A stretch of DNA of 63,708 nucleotides, counting the filler. It is 4 parts of 4 records of this genome, joined end to end, with 100 filler letters (N's around TTAATTAATTAA, not from the genome) between each part and the next. Parts side by side here need not be neighbours in the genome. Positions count along the whole stretch, not along the records: positions 28,335 to 41,095 come from SRR22947727_47; 3 more parts are not named here. The stretch is one strand, 5' to 3'. Position numbers and translations under genes: made by a program. The notes beneath the pieces are model-generated. The model had not been told where the DNA came from, ran no database searches, and saw only the letters and a list, made by a program, of their open reading frames with translations. This document shows, in pieces, positions 30,085 to 39,353 of the stretch. Every line of letters starts with the position of its first letter. The first letter of the stretch is position 1.

Positions 30085-30249
30085 ATGAAAAGATCTGATT
30101 ATTTTATATTAGGAGCTGCCTTTCTTAGTTTTTTATTTTCTGTATCCCTTTGGTTCTCAGGACAACAACAAGAAGGGTTGTATGTTGGAATATGGGTTCC
30201 GTCAATCTTAGCTGCAGGAGCCTACATTAAACAAATATTTAAAAAATGA
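30085..30249 (+). CDS. Small two-TM membrane protein (54 aa), not in ORF track
   Basis: MKRSDYFILGAAFLSFLFSVSLWFSGQQQEGLYVGIWVPSILAAGAYIKQIFKK; fills the gap, A-rich start context, coupled to the next ORF by ATGA. Confidence 0.75.
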   Translation: MKRSDYFILGAAFLSFLFSVSLWFSGQQQEGLYVGIWVPSILAAGAYIKQIFKK

Positions 30250-30422
30250 GTATTCAAATAATTTTTTTTATTGGAGTTCTTGTTTTTACAATCTTTATCA
30301 TTGGAGTTTTACTTATTCCTCGAGAATCAAATACAAATGCAGAAGAAAAAATTGAAACAGATGTTATGGACTACGACGGAATTGGAAATTATGGACGAAT
30401 TCCTGACAAGGATATCAAATAA
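30246..30422 (+). CDS. Small single-TM protein (58 aa), not in ORF track
   Basis: MSIQIIFFIGVLVFTIFIIGVLLIPRE...DYDGIGNYGRIPDKDIK; ATGA overlap with the upstream ORF. Confidence 0.7.
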   Translation: MSIQIIFFIGVLVFTIFIIGVLLIPRESNTNAEEKIETDVMDYDGIGNYGRIPDKDIK

Positions 30423-30449
30423 AACATAACTAATCCTCTTTTGTTAAAA

Positions 30450-31877
30450 ATGAAAAATATCTTTTTTTTAATTTCATTTTTAATAATTTTCAGTTGTAAC
30501 AACCCCTCTCATTTTTCAAAATTAGACCGTCCTAATATTATTTTAATTAATGTAGATGACCTTGGCTGGAAAGACTTGGGATTTATGGGCAGTCAATATT
30601 ATGAAACTCCTTTTTTAGATCAATTTGCAAAACAGGGTATAGTATTTACAAACGCCTATGCTAGTGCAGCAAATTGCGCTCCTAGCAGAGCCTCATTATT
30701 TTCAGGTCTTAATACACCAAGGCATGGCGTTTACACAGTTGGATCCTCAAAAAGAGGAGACAAAAGAACTAGAAAACTAGTTCCTGCAAAAAACAAAAAA
30801 TATTTAAACGATAGTATTTACACCTTGCCTGAAATGTTAAAGTCAGCAGGTTATGTTACTGCGAATTTTGGAAAATGGCACATAGGTAAAGATCCTAAAA
30901 CACAGGGTATAGATCATAACATTGGGGGAAGTAATAAAGGGAATCCTGGAAAAGACGGTTACTTTTCACCATATAAAATTGATTATATTAAAAATGAAAA
31001 GCCTGGAGAATATTTAACAGACAGGTTAACTAACGAAGCTGTTGATTTTATTTTAAAAAATGCAGGCTCACCCTTTTTTGCTAATCTTTCATTTTACTCA
31101 GTTCACACCCCTATTCAAGGAAAAAAAAGTTGGATAAAAAAATATGCTTCAAAAAATGGTATAAATGGTCAAGACAACCCTGAGTACGCAGCAATGGTAA
31201 GTTCTGTTGATGAAAATATTGGTAAAATTTTAAAAACGTTAGATGATTTAAAAATTGCTGAAAACACTTTAGTAGTTTTCACATCTGATAATGGAGGAAT
31301 TCGCTCAATTTCAAATCAATACCCGCTAAAAGCAGGAAAAGGAAGTTACTATGAAGGGGGAATTCGCGTTCCATTTGTTTTAAGATGGCCAAAAAAAATA
31401 TTTTCTGGAGTTAACAATAACAACATAAGTAATCTTGACATATATCCTACTATTCAAGATATTATAGATCCCAAAAATAAAGCCTTAACTCTTGATGGTG
31501 TAAGCTTAAAAAATCAATTTAAAGTTCCTTCAAAAATAAATAGAGATTTGTTTTTTCATTTCCCTATTTATCTAGAAGCTTATAATAAATTAGAAGACCA
31601 GGGCAGAGATCCATTATTTAGAACTAGACCTGGGTCAGTCATAATTTCAGGAAAATGGAAGCTTCATCATTATTTTGAAGATGAAGGTTTAGAACTATAT
31701 GACTTAAGTCAAGATATTGGAGAATCTAATAATTTAGCTGAACTCAAACCTAATATCTCGAAAAAACTTCTAAATAAATTAAATGATTGGAGAGAAAAGT
31801 CTAATGCTATAATTCCTAATGAAATAAATAAAGAATACGATAACTTTTTTGAAAAAAAATTAATGAATCAAAATTAA
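30450..31877 (+). CDS. Formylglycine-dependent (S1, Cys-type) sulfatase, lipoprotein
   Basis: Lipobox IFSC, PNIILINVDDLG, CAPSRASLFSG (CxPxR), GKWHIG, SDNGG, YEGGIRVP. Confidence 0.93.
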   Translation: MKNIFFLISFLIIFSCNNPSHFSKLDRPNIILINVDDLGWKDLGFMGSQYYETPFLDQFAKQGIVFTNAYASAANCAPSRASLFSGLNTPRHGVYTVGSSKRGDKRTRKLVPAKNKKYLNDSIYTLPEMLKSAGYVTANFGKWHIGKDPKTQGIDHNIGGSNKGNPGKDGYFSPYKIDYIKNEKPGEYLTDRLTNEAVDFILKNAGSPFFANLSFYSVHTPIQGKKSWIKKYASKNGINGQDNPEYAAMVSSVDENIGKILKTLDDLKIAENTLVVFTSDNGGIRSISNQYPLKAGKGSYYEGGIRVPFVLRWPKKIFSGVNNNNISNLDIYPTIQDIIDPKNKALTLDGVSLKNQFKVPSKINRDLFFHFPIYLEAYNKLEDQGRDPLFRTRPGSVIISGKWKLHHYFEDEGLELYDLSQDIGESNNLAELKPNISKKLLNKLNDWREKSNAIIPNEINKEYDNFFEKKLMNQN

Positions 31878-31893
31878 TTTGAGTTTCAAAAAA

Positions 31894-32313
31894 CTATTTG
31901 AATTTACGTTTTAAATATTCCAAAGCTCCTGTTGACCAAAAAGCCCATAATACTAGTAGTGGCTGGAAAAACAAACGAATTAATCGTTTATTATCTGAAT
32001 CTAGTCTTAAAGAATCGATTTCGTTTATATACTGGTTAATATTTCCTGGAAAAATTAAAATATAAAAAACCCCTAACGCAATTCCGGTTTTAACTTTTAA
32101 TTTCCCTCCAAGTATCATAAGTATTCCAAAAGCAATTTCTACATATCCAGAAATCAAAACAACCAAGTCCATTAAACCTTTATCGGTCGTTAGCCAAGTC
32201 GGAACCTGAGCTTGGAATTCTATTCTTCTAAAACTTAAATGTGCTATTCCAATATAAAGCATTATTGAGCCTAAAAGAACTCTGAAAATATTTTGAATAA
32301 TAGTTGTTTTCAT
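31894..32313 (-). CDS. DoxX-like membrane protein
   Basis: GIAH, QVPTW, SGYVEI, FPGNINQY, RLFFQP; 4 TM. Start at ATG 32313. Confidence 0.75.
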   Translation of the reverse strand: MKTTIIQNIFRVLLGSIMLYIGIAHLSFRRIEFQAQVPTWLTTDKGLMDLVVLISGYVEIAFGILMILGGKLKVKTGIALGVFYILIFPGNINQYINEIDSLRLDSDNKRLIRLFFQPLLVLWAFWSTGALEYLKRKFK

Positions 32314-32390
32314 TAATTTAATATTCGATTTCAAAAATACTTTTATTTGTTTTATAAGCTATCCAAAATTATGTTTAAATTAGAAATTCA

Positions 32391-32573
32391 ATGTTAGAAT
32401 CCTATTTTGACTGTCCGCATTGCTGGGAAAATCAACTTAAAATGATTGATCCTTCAATTTTAAATCAAACTTTTATTGAAGACTGTGAAACTTGTTGTAA
32501 CCCTTTGGAATTCAAAATTCAGATTCAAGATAATATTCTTTTATCTTTTGATGTTAATTCAATAGAACAATAA
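32391..32573 (+). CDS. CPXCG-motif cysteine-rich protein
   Basis: CPHCWE...IEDCETCCNP. Confidence 0.8.
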   Translation: MLESYFDCPHCWENQLKMIDPSILNQTFIEDCETCCNPLEFKIQIQDNILLSFDVNSIEQ

Positions 32574-32774
32574 ATGATTTGTATAAAAACTAATATTCCT
32601 AAAGACATATGTGAAATTGATGATGAACTAAAAGCAATTTATCATAGTACTGATACAATTTGTATTTGGGTTTTCAAAAGCAGAATAGATAGAAACAAAT
32701 TTATGGATGAAACTACAGGAATGTTGAAAAAGGATAGAGAAAATCATTATATCTTAAATTATAAAACAAAATGA
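32574..32774 (+). CDS. Hypothetical protein (66 aa)
   Basis: Abuts the upstream stop and overlaps the downstream start; no recognised motif. Confidence 0.6.
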   Translation: MICIKTNIPKDICEIDDELKAIYHSTDTICIWVFKSRIDRNKFMDETTGMLKKDRENHYILNYKTK

Positions 32775-33661
32775 AAAAACTACTTTATTTAATACTACTA
32801 ATACCAATATTTATTAGTGCACAAACCTTAAAATCGTTCGAATCTAGTGACGGAACTGAAATATATTATGAAGAATTTGGTCAAGGTAAAACATTAATTC
32901 TTTTATCGGGAGGCCCAGGTTTAAATCCAGATTATTTAAAAGAGCTTTCTACTACTTTATCAAAAAAATATAAATGTATAACTCTACACCAAAGGGGAAC
33001 AGGAAAATCAATTCTTGAGGAAGTCAATTCACAAACCGTAAACGTTGACAGGTACATTGAAGATTTAAATGGACTGTACAAAGAATTAGGTAATCAAAAA
33101 TTAATTTTAGTTGGTCACTCTTGGGGAGGAATGTTAAGTTTTTCATACGCTGCAAACGAACCAGAAAAAATTGAAAAAATTATATTATTGAATACTGGAG
33201 GAGTAACGGATAAGTTCTATTCTTGGTTTGGCAGCAACATTAATATGAGGCTGTTTCCTGAAGATTTAGAGCTTTACCAATCTCAGATTGATAATAAAAG
33301 ATCTACTTTAGTTGCTATTTGGCCTGGTTACTTTTTTGACAGAGAAATGGCATTAAAATCTAGACCTGCATTAGATTATAAATTTAATACTCAAGCTGGA
33401 ATTAATTCTTTAGCTTCTGGAGATTGGAGAAAAAGAAGTGAGGAAAGAGTTGAAAAATTAAAAAACTATACCGGACCGATCGATCTAATTACAGGAAGAC
33501 AAGATCCGGTAGGCGAATCTGTTGTTTATGAAGCAAAAACGGTGTTCCCTCAGCTTAACTACACTTTTATTGAGAGGTGTGGCCATTTTCCATGGCTTGA
33601 AAGAGAAGACAGATCAAAAATATTTTATGATCTTTTTGACAAAAGTCTAGATTTGAATTAA
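32771..33661 (+). CDS. Secreted alpha/beta hydrolase (proline iminopeptidase-like)
   Basis: Signal peptide, SGGPG oxyanion loop, QRGTGKS, GHSWGG nucleophile, GRQD, CGHFPWLE. Confidence 0.85.
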   Translation: MKKLLYLILLIPIFISAQTLKSFESSDGTEIYYEEFGQGKTLILLSGGPGLNPDYLKELSTTLSKKYKCITLHQRGTGKSILEEVNSQTVNVDRYIEDLNGLYKELGNQKLILVGHSWGGMLSFSYAANEPEKIEKIILLNTGGVTDKFYSWFGSNINMRLFPEDLELYQSQIDNKRSTLVAIWPGYFFDREMALKSRPALDYKFNTQAGINSLASGDWRKRSEERVEKLKNYTGPIDLITGRQDPVGESVVYEAKTVFPQLNYTFIERCGHFPWLEREDRSKIFYDLFDKSLDLN

Positions 33662-33664
33662 ATA

Positions 33665-33808
33665 CTATTTGATAAATTTTGAACCCAAAATTGCTAGTAG
33701 TCCAATAATAAGTATCACTAAATAATTTTCTAATAAAAAATCGAACATTCCTAAAACAAGACCAATTAAAAGCAATGTGATTCCTATATTTTTTAAATAG
33801 TATTTCAT
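33665..33808 (-). CDS. Small two-TM protein (47 aa), not in ORF track
   Basis: MKYYLKNIGITLLLIGLVLGMFDFLLENYLVILIIGLLAILGSKFIK; starts 2 nt after the thioesterase stop and fills the gap. Confidence 0.55.
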   Translation of the reverse strand: MKYYLKNIGITLLLIGLVLGMFDFLLENYLVILIIGLLAILGSKFIK

Positions 33809-33810
33809 AA

Positions 33811-34227
33811 TTATTGCTGTGTTTTAAACAAAAATACTGTATGCATAAGTGTGGTTGCTAACTTGTTTTCAGAATTATAAATCTCCCCTTTAACTGTTGC
33901 CATATTTTTTCCAATTTTAATCGTTTCGGCAACTACAGTAACTTTTCCTTGAAAAAGAGGTCTATGATGAAGACTGTTAAGATTTGTAGAATTTGGATAG
34001 CTTTTGCCTCCAGAATCTAATACAAGCAAAATACTTGTAGCGTCGTCTAGCATTGAAGTCATTTGCCCTCCTTGAACATTTTTATTAGGGTTTAATGTTG
34101 ATGGGCCAAATTCTGCTTCTAATTTTAAGTAACCCTTTTTATATTCAAGAAATTTAAAATTAAAGAGTTTTCCTGTTCCCTCATTATTTTTCCAAAATTC
34201 TAGTAGCTTTTCAAATTCTTTTTCCAT
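33811..34227 (-). CDS. PaaI-family hot-dog thioesterase
   Basis: LNPNKNVQGGQMTSMLDD motif. Confidence 0.82.
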   Translation of the reverse strand: MEKEFEKLLEFWKNNEGTGKLFNFKFLEYKKGYLKLEAEFGPSTLNPNKNVQGGQMTSMLDDATSILLVLDSGGKSYPNSTNLNSLHHRPLFQGKVTVVAETIKIGKNMATVKGEIYNSENKLATTLMHTVFLFKTQQ

Positions 34228-34285
34228 TAAATATTTGTTTCAAAAACATAAAAATAACTTTTTTAGATGTTATATTTACTTGTGT

Positions 34286-34579
34286 ATGAAAAAAATACAA
34301 AGTTTTGATAGCGGGCAATGGAAAGCTTTCTTTAGGTGTTCAAATGATTTGTGTAGAGCTTGGTTCCCTTACAAAGTAATAGAAACTTTTTATGATGAAA
34401 CTTTAATCGAAGGGACTGAAAACAAAACAAAATGGCAAAAAGTATTTCATGCTGAAAAATACCCTGGAACAGTAAAGCGAAAGCGATGTAAAAAATGTCG
34501 TAATGAAATATTAGTAAGGCAAGTAAATAATAATAGTGGAGGTGGATTTTCTGCGGGGGGGGTAAATTTAAATAAATGA
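34286..34579 (+). CDS. Hypothetical protein with four Cys (possible zinc ribbon)
   Basis: CSNDLC ... CKKC; ATG 34286 preferred over the upstream TTG. Confidence 0.6.
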   Translation: MKKIQSFDSGQWKAFFRCSNDLCRAWFPYKVIETFYDETLIEGTENKTKWQKVFHAEKYPGTVKRKRCKKCRNEILVRQVNNNSGGGFSAGGVNLNK

Positions 34580-34582
34580 ATT

Positions 34583-35635
34583 ATGAAAAAAATATTTGAA
34601 AACTTAATGGAAAACAAAAACTTTAAACTGATTTTGATTTTTGGAGTTGTAAAAAAGATTATACTTATTCTATTATTAACTTTTCCGTTCTACTCTAATG
34701 GACAATCAAACCCGTACTCTGACAAATTTGCGCACACTTATTCAATAGTTGCAAAGGATGCCAATACAGGAGAAATGGCGGTAGGAGTACAAAGTCATTG
34801 GTTTTCAGTTGGAACACTTGTTAGTTGGGGTAAATCTGGTGTTGGTGTTGTAGCTACTCAATCGTTTGTTAATCCAAGTTATGGCCCTAATGGAATCGAA
34901 CTTATGGAAAATGGCGTATCTGCTAAAGAAGTACTAAAAAAATTAACTGACCAAGACGAAGGAAAAGATTTTAGACAAGCTGCAATGCTTGACGTTAATG
35001 GATCGGTAAGCGCATTTACTGGTGAAAAATGTATTGAAAGCGCAGGACATTTTGTTGGAGAAAATTTTTCCGTTCAAGCCAATATGATGTTAAATGATAA
35101 AGTTATTCCTGCAATGAAAAAAGCATTTCAAGATAATTCCAGCTTACCCTTAGCAGAAAGAATTATTAAAGTATTTGAAGCTGCTGAAAGTGTTGGAGGA
35201 GATATAAGAGGGAAGCAATCTGCAGCACTAATAGTTGTAGGGGCTGAAAAAACTTCTAATGTTTGGGAGGATAAAAAAATTGATCTTAGAGTAGACGACA
35301 ACAGCAATCCAATAAAAGAAATTAAAAGACTTTTAAAAGTTCACAGAGCCTACGAGCACATGAACAGAGGAGATCTTGCTATTGAAGAAAACGATATGGA
35401 TAAGGCTTTAAGCGAGTATGGAAAAGCTCAAGTTTTATTTCCTGAAAATCATGAAATGAGTTTTTGGAAAGCAATAGCGCTTTTAAACAATGGTAAAAAA
35501 GATGCAGCTAAACCAATTTTAAAAAGAGTTTTTAAAGAAAATTCCAATTGGAAAAAGTTAATTTATAGATTACCGAAATCAGGGCTTATTTTAATGAAAA
35601 CCAAAGAACTAGATTCTTATTTAAATAATTTATAA
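34583..35635 (+). CDS. DUF1028 (Ntn-hydrolase-like) protein with C-terminal TPR
   Basis: TYSIVAKD, GVGVVATQ, QANMM, GGDIRGKQSAAL, DLRVDD, helical TPR tail. Confidence 0.82.
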   Translation: MKKIFENLMENKNFKLILIFGVVKKIILILLLTFPFYSNGQSNPYSDKFAHTYSIVAKDANTGEMAVGVQSHWFSVGTLVSWGKSGVGVVATQSFVNPSYGPNGIELMENGVSAKEVLKKLTDQDEGKDFRQAAMLDVNGSVSAFTGEKCIESAGHFVGENFSVQANMMLNDKVIPAMKKAFQDNSSLPLAERIIKVFEAAESVGGDIRGKQSAALIVVGAEKTSNVWEDKKIDLRVDDNSNPIKEIKRLLKVHRAYEHMNRGDLAIEENDMDKALSEYGKAQVLFPENHEMSFWKAIALLNNGKKDAAKPILKRVFKENSNWKKLIYRLPKSGLILMKTKELDSYLNNL

Positions 35636-35698
35636 GTTCAAAACATTCGTTTAAGTATTTTTTATTAATTTTAGTTTTCTAACTAAAAATTATTATTA

Positions 35699-36484
35699 AT
35701 GAAAAAATTATTATCACTCTTTTTTGTAGCAGCATTATTTGTAAGCTGTAATACAAATCCAAAGTATGAAGCAAATTTAGCTACGGCTCAAAAATTATTT
35801 GAATTACACGGCGAAGAAGACTTAGAAGGTCAATTAGCATTACTTAGTAAAGACATGGAGCTTATCACTCCTATGTATGACTCTGAGCCAGGAAATTACG
35901 ATACTTACGCTGCCATGATGAAAGGATATCATGACGGTTATGAAGACATTCTATACACTGCTAATGTGTGGCTTCCTGGATCAAGTCCAGAAGGTAAATT
36001 AGACGGAAGTGTTAGAACGTATGGCACTTGGACTGGTAAAAACTCAATTACAGGAAAAGAAGTTAATTTAAAAGGATACTGGTATTTTAATTTTGATGAT
36101 GAAGGAAAGGTAATCACACAAGGTGATTTTTTTGATATTGGTGGAATGATGCAGGCCGTTGGAACAAAAACTCCTGTACTAGTAAAGCTTAAAGTTAAGC
36201 CAGGTAAAAAACAAGCTATGATTGATTTACTTAATACTCCAGATGGATTACAAACAACTAGAGATTATGACGGTTGTATGTCTTTAGAAGCATTTTTTAA
36301 CGATGATACTAACACCTATTATGTTTACGGAAATTGGGCATCATATGATCACTATCAAAAATATCTTGATTGGAGATTTAATGCAGATGAAAGTAAATTG
36401 GCCCAACAAGTAGTTGCGCTTTGTGTTGGTGGAGAAAAAGGGTTAACTCCTTTATTCCCTAACTCTGACTACGCTTCATTCTAA
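35699..36484 (+). CDS. Lipoprotein with NTF2/SnoaL-like domain fused to an ABM-like domain
   Basis: Lipobox FVSC; VRTYGTWTG...FNFDDEGKV..GDFFD; C-terminal LKVKPGK...TRDYDGC...W.SYDHYQKYLDWR. Confidence 0.65.
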   Translation: MKKLLSLFFVAALFVSCNTNPKYEANLATAQKLFELHGEEDLEGQLALLSKDMELITPMYDSEPGNYDTYAAMMKGYHDGYEDILYTANVWLPGSSPEGKLDGSVRTYGTWTGKNSITGKEVNLKGYWYFNFDDEGKVITQGDFFDIGGMMQAVGTKTPVLVKLKVKPGKKQAMIDLLNTPDGLQTTRDYDGCMSLEAFFNDDTNTYYVYGNWASYDHYQKYLDWRFNADESKLAQQVVALCVGGEKGLTPLFPNSDYASF

Positions 36485-36500
36485 ATTATATTTTAAACCA

Positions 36501-36538
36501 AAAAAAAGGGGATATTAAAGTTAGTATCCCCTTTTTTT
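36501..36538. terminator. Bidirectional terminator between convergent genes
   Basis: AAAAAAAGGGGATATTAA-AG-TTAGTATCCCCTTTTTTT. Confidence 0.88.
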
Positions 36539-36556
36539 ATTATTAAATATTGTATA

Positions 36557-37246
36557 TCAATATCTTGCTAATACTTCTACTATAAAATCTTGAACATGTT
36601 CAACCTCTCCTCTATTTATAAAATAATCGTTCATTGCTTTTGAGTAGTTTTCTTCAAGATCCTGATGCATACTTAAATGTCCATTTAAACCTGTACCACC
36701 AATAACTACCCAATGTGAAGCGCCATTTGGTCTATTAATATCGTATGTGCCAAAACCTACAACTCTGTTTTCAAAAACATCAGAAGCAGATTTAACTATT
36801 TTATCGTGTGCTTTTTTAAAAGCTACAGGATCTTTTGGTGAGATATCCCAAATGTGCCCCCATGGGAATTCTTTAACATCTCCTTCTTGCCAGCTCATAA
36901 TTCTACCAGCTTTAGCTGTCCCCCAGCTTTCAACATGATTACTAAACTGTGCCCAAAAAGCATCATTTTCAAATTCTTTCATATCACCTTCAACTCTTCC
37001 TCCATTGTTTAACTCCCAAATCCAAACAAGTCTGTGAGTCCTTCCGTCGTGACGGCCATGTCTTAATCGCTCAAGAAGAATACCGCCAGATTTAAATTTT
37101 GCATCAGCATAAAATTCATTAAAAAGTTCAACCAAATCGTCTTGTGAATTAGGTTCTGCAGTAATGTTTATTGTATTAAATGCCATCTGTTGAGCAGAAA
37201 TACTAAAAGTAATAAATGTAAATAGTGTAAATAATAATTTTTTCAT
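36557..37246 (-). CDS. Secreted hypothetical protein
   Basis: Signal peptide ending SISA-Q; two halves each with a G-x-[TS]-H motif. Confidence 0.7.
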   Translation of the reverse strand: MKKLLFTLFTFITFSISAQQMAFNTINITAEPNSQDDLVELFNEFYADAKFKSGGILLERLRHGRHDGRTHRLVWIWELNNGGRVEGDMKEFENDAFWAQFSNHVESWGTAKAGRIMSWQEGDVKEFPWGHIWDISPKDPVAFKKAHDKIVKSASDVFENRVVGFGTYDINRPNGASHWVVIGGTGLNGHLSMHQDLEENYSKAMNDYFINRGEVEHVQDFIVEVLARY

Positions 37247-37300
37247 TGTAATTTTATTTTTAATTAATTACCATAAATATAATAAAACATTCTTTAAAGT

Positions 37301-37957
37301 ATGTTAAGAGCCGTAATCTTTGATATGGATGGCGTTATTGTAAATAGCGAGCCTTTACACCATTTAGCTTATAAAAAAATGTTTAAAGAATTTCAATTAG
37401 ATGTTTCAAATAGTTTGTACGAATCTTTTACTGGTCAATCAACACATTCCATTTGTAAACAATTGTGCAAAATATTCAAATTAAATACTGATCCTAGTGC
37501 ATTAGTTATTTCCAAACGAAAACACTTCAAAAATATTTTTGACAATGACATTTCGTTTAAAATGATTGATGGAGCATTAGAGTTAATTCAAGATTATTTC
37601 GAAAATAACATAATTCTAGTTTTAGCTTCTTCAGCATCAATGACAAACATTGACAGAATTTTTCAAAAATTTGATTTGAATAAATACTTTAAATCAAAAA
37701 TAAGTGGTGCTGATCTCAAAGAATCAAAACCAAACCCTGAAATATTTTTAAAAGCAGCTAAACTTACAGGATACAATAAGGAAGAGTGTATTGTTATTGA
37801 AGATTCTACAAACGGAATCAAAGCAGCTAAATCTGCAGGAATATATTGTGTAGGTTACAACAGTTTTAATTCAAAAAATCAAAATTACGATAACGCCAAT
37901 ATTGTCATTAGCGATTTAAATGAAATTAAGTTTAATAAAATTTCCAAAAGATTATAG
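37301..37957 (+). CDS. HAD-family phosphatase (beta-PGM-like)
   Basis: IFDMDGV, ASS, KPNPEIF, IEDS..GI.AA. Confidence 0.9.
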   Translation: MLRAVIFDMDGVIVNSEPLHHLAYKKMFKEFQLDVSNSLYESFTGQSTHSICKQLCKIFKLNTDPSALVISKRKHFKNIFDNDISFKMIDGALELIQDYFENNIILVLASSASMTNIDRIFQKFDLNKYFKSKISGADLKESKPNPEIFLKAAKLTGYNKEECIVIEDSTNGIKAAKSAGIYCVGYNSFNSKNQNYDNANIVISDLNEIKFNKISKRL

Positions 37958-37975
37958 TTAACTTAGAAAAAAAAA

Positions 37976-39217
37976 GTGCACAAAGAATCACACATGATGA
38001 GCTACGGCTACACCCCTGAGTGGAGTGAAGGCTCAGTAAAGCCACCTATTTTTCAAACTTCAACTTTCGTATTCAAAACAGCAGAAGAAGGAAAGCGTTT
38101 TTTCGAAGTTGCTTATGGAAAATCTGAACTAAACGCAAAAGAAGAAATAGGTCTAATTTATTCCAGAATCAACAATCCCAATATGCAAATTCTTGAAGAA
38201 AGACTTGCAATACTTGAAGGAAGCGAATCTTCAGCAGCATTTGAAAGCGGAATGAGTGCTATATCAACTACAATGCTTACCTATCTGAAACCCGGAGATG
38301 TTTTAATTTATGGTAATCCGGTTTATGGCGGAACTCACCATTTTATAACACATTTTTTAAAGGATTTGGGGGTTAAAGTTTTGCCATTTTCTTCTACTAC
38401 AAAAAACGAAAAAATACTAAAACAACTTAAATCTGAGGAGTTTTCTGGGCCAGTTAAAATGATTTACTTTGAATCTCCTGCCAATCCAACAAACTCATTA
38501 TTTGATTTAGAAAGTCTACAGAGGCTTAAATCAATTATTTCCTCTGAGCCTGGTAATAATAATGTTGTGCTGGTAATGGACAATACTTACTTAGGTCCTT
38601 TGTGGCAAAAGCCTTTAGATTTTGGGGTGGATATTGTCTGCTATTCTGCAACAAAGTTTTTAAATGGACATAGTGATGTAATTGCAGGATGTGTTATGGG
38701 AAAAGAGCAAGCTATTACACCAATCAAAACACTTAGAACTTTTTTAGGGAGTATGATCGCTCCTTATACCGCTTGGCTTTTAACTAGAAGTCTAGAAACT
38801 TTACATTTAAGAATGTCTAAACAAGGTGAAAATGCAGAAAAAGTAGTTGAGTTTTTATTAAACCAAGAAACTGTAAAAACTGTTTCATTCCCTGGCATTG
38901 AATCTATGGGAGAAACACAAAATGAAATTTTCAAAAAACAGTGCAATGGAGCTGGAGCTATGATAAGTTTTGAAGTCTTTGGAGGTGAAAAAGAAGCGTT
39001 CAATGTTTTAAACAAACTAAAGCTTATAAAACTAGCTGTTAGTCTTGGTAGTAACGAAAGTTTAGCTCAACATCCTCACTCAATGACTCATGCAGATGTA
39101 CCTGACAATATAAAAGAAGAAATAGGAATTAATAAAGGTCTAATTAGGCTGAGTGTAGGTATTGAAAATGCCAATGATATTATTGACGATTTAAAACAAG
39201 CGTTAAAAGATATTTAG
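37976..39217 (+). CDS. Cys/Met-metabolism PLP enzyme (methionine gamma-lyase / cystathionine gamma-synthase family)
   Basis: PPIFQTSTF, YSRINNP, SGMSAI, YGGT, ESPANPT, DNT, SATKFLNGH (PLP Lys), AVSLG, RLSVGIE. Confidence 0.88.
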   Translation: MHKESHMMSYGYTPEWSEGSVKPPIFQTSTFVFKTAEEGKRFFEVAYGKSELNAKEEIGLIYSRINNPNMQILEERLAILEGSESSAAFESGMSAISTTMLTYLKPGDVLIYGNPVYGGTHHFITHFLKDLGVKVLPFSSTTKNEKILKQLKSEEFSGPVKMIYFESPANPTNSLFDLESLQRLKSIISSEPGNNNVVLVMDNTYLGPLWQKPLDFGVDIVCYSATKFLNGHSDVIAGCVMGKEQAITPIKTLRTFLGSMIAPYTAWLLTRSLETLHLRMSKQGENAEKVVEFLLNQETVKTVSFPGIESMGETQNEIFKKQCNGAGAMISFEVFGGEKEAFNVLNKLKLIKLAVSLGSNESLAQHPHSMTHADVPDNIKEEIGINKGLIRLSVGIENANDIIDDLKQALKDI

Positions 39218-39237
39218 TACTTTTACAAAAAAATTTT

Positions 39238-39351
39238 ATGAAAAATAAATTTGATTTTCTTATTTCTAATAACGTTTATGGCGTAATGACTGTTGCCATA
39301 ATTGCACTTGTAATAACTGCTGTTGCAGTAGCTTATTACACTTATTACTAA
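39238..39351 (+). CDS. Small single-TM protein (37 aa), not in ORF track
   Basis: MKNKFDFLISNNVYGVMTVAIIALVITAVAVAYYTYY; fills the gap and ends 2 nt before the next ATG. Confidence 0.5.
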   Translation: MKNKFDFLISNNVYGVMTVAIIALVITAVAVAYYTYY

Positions 39352-39353
39352 AA

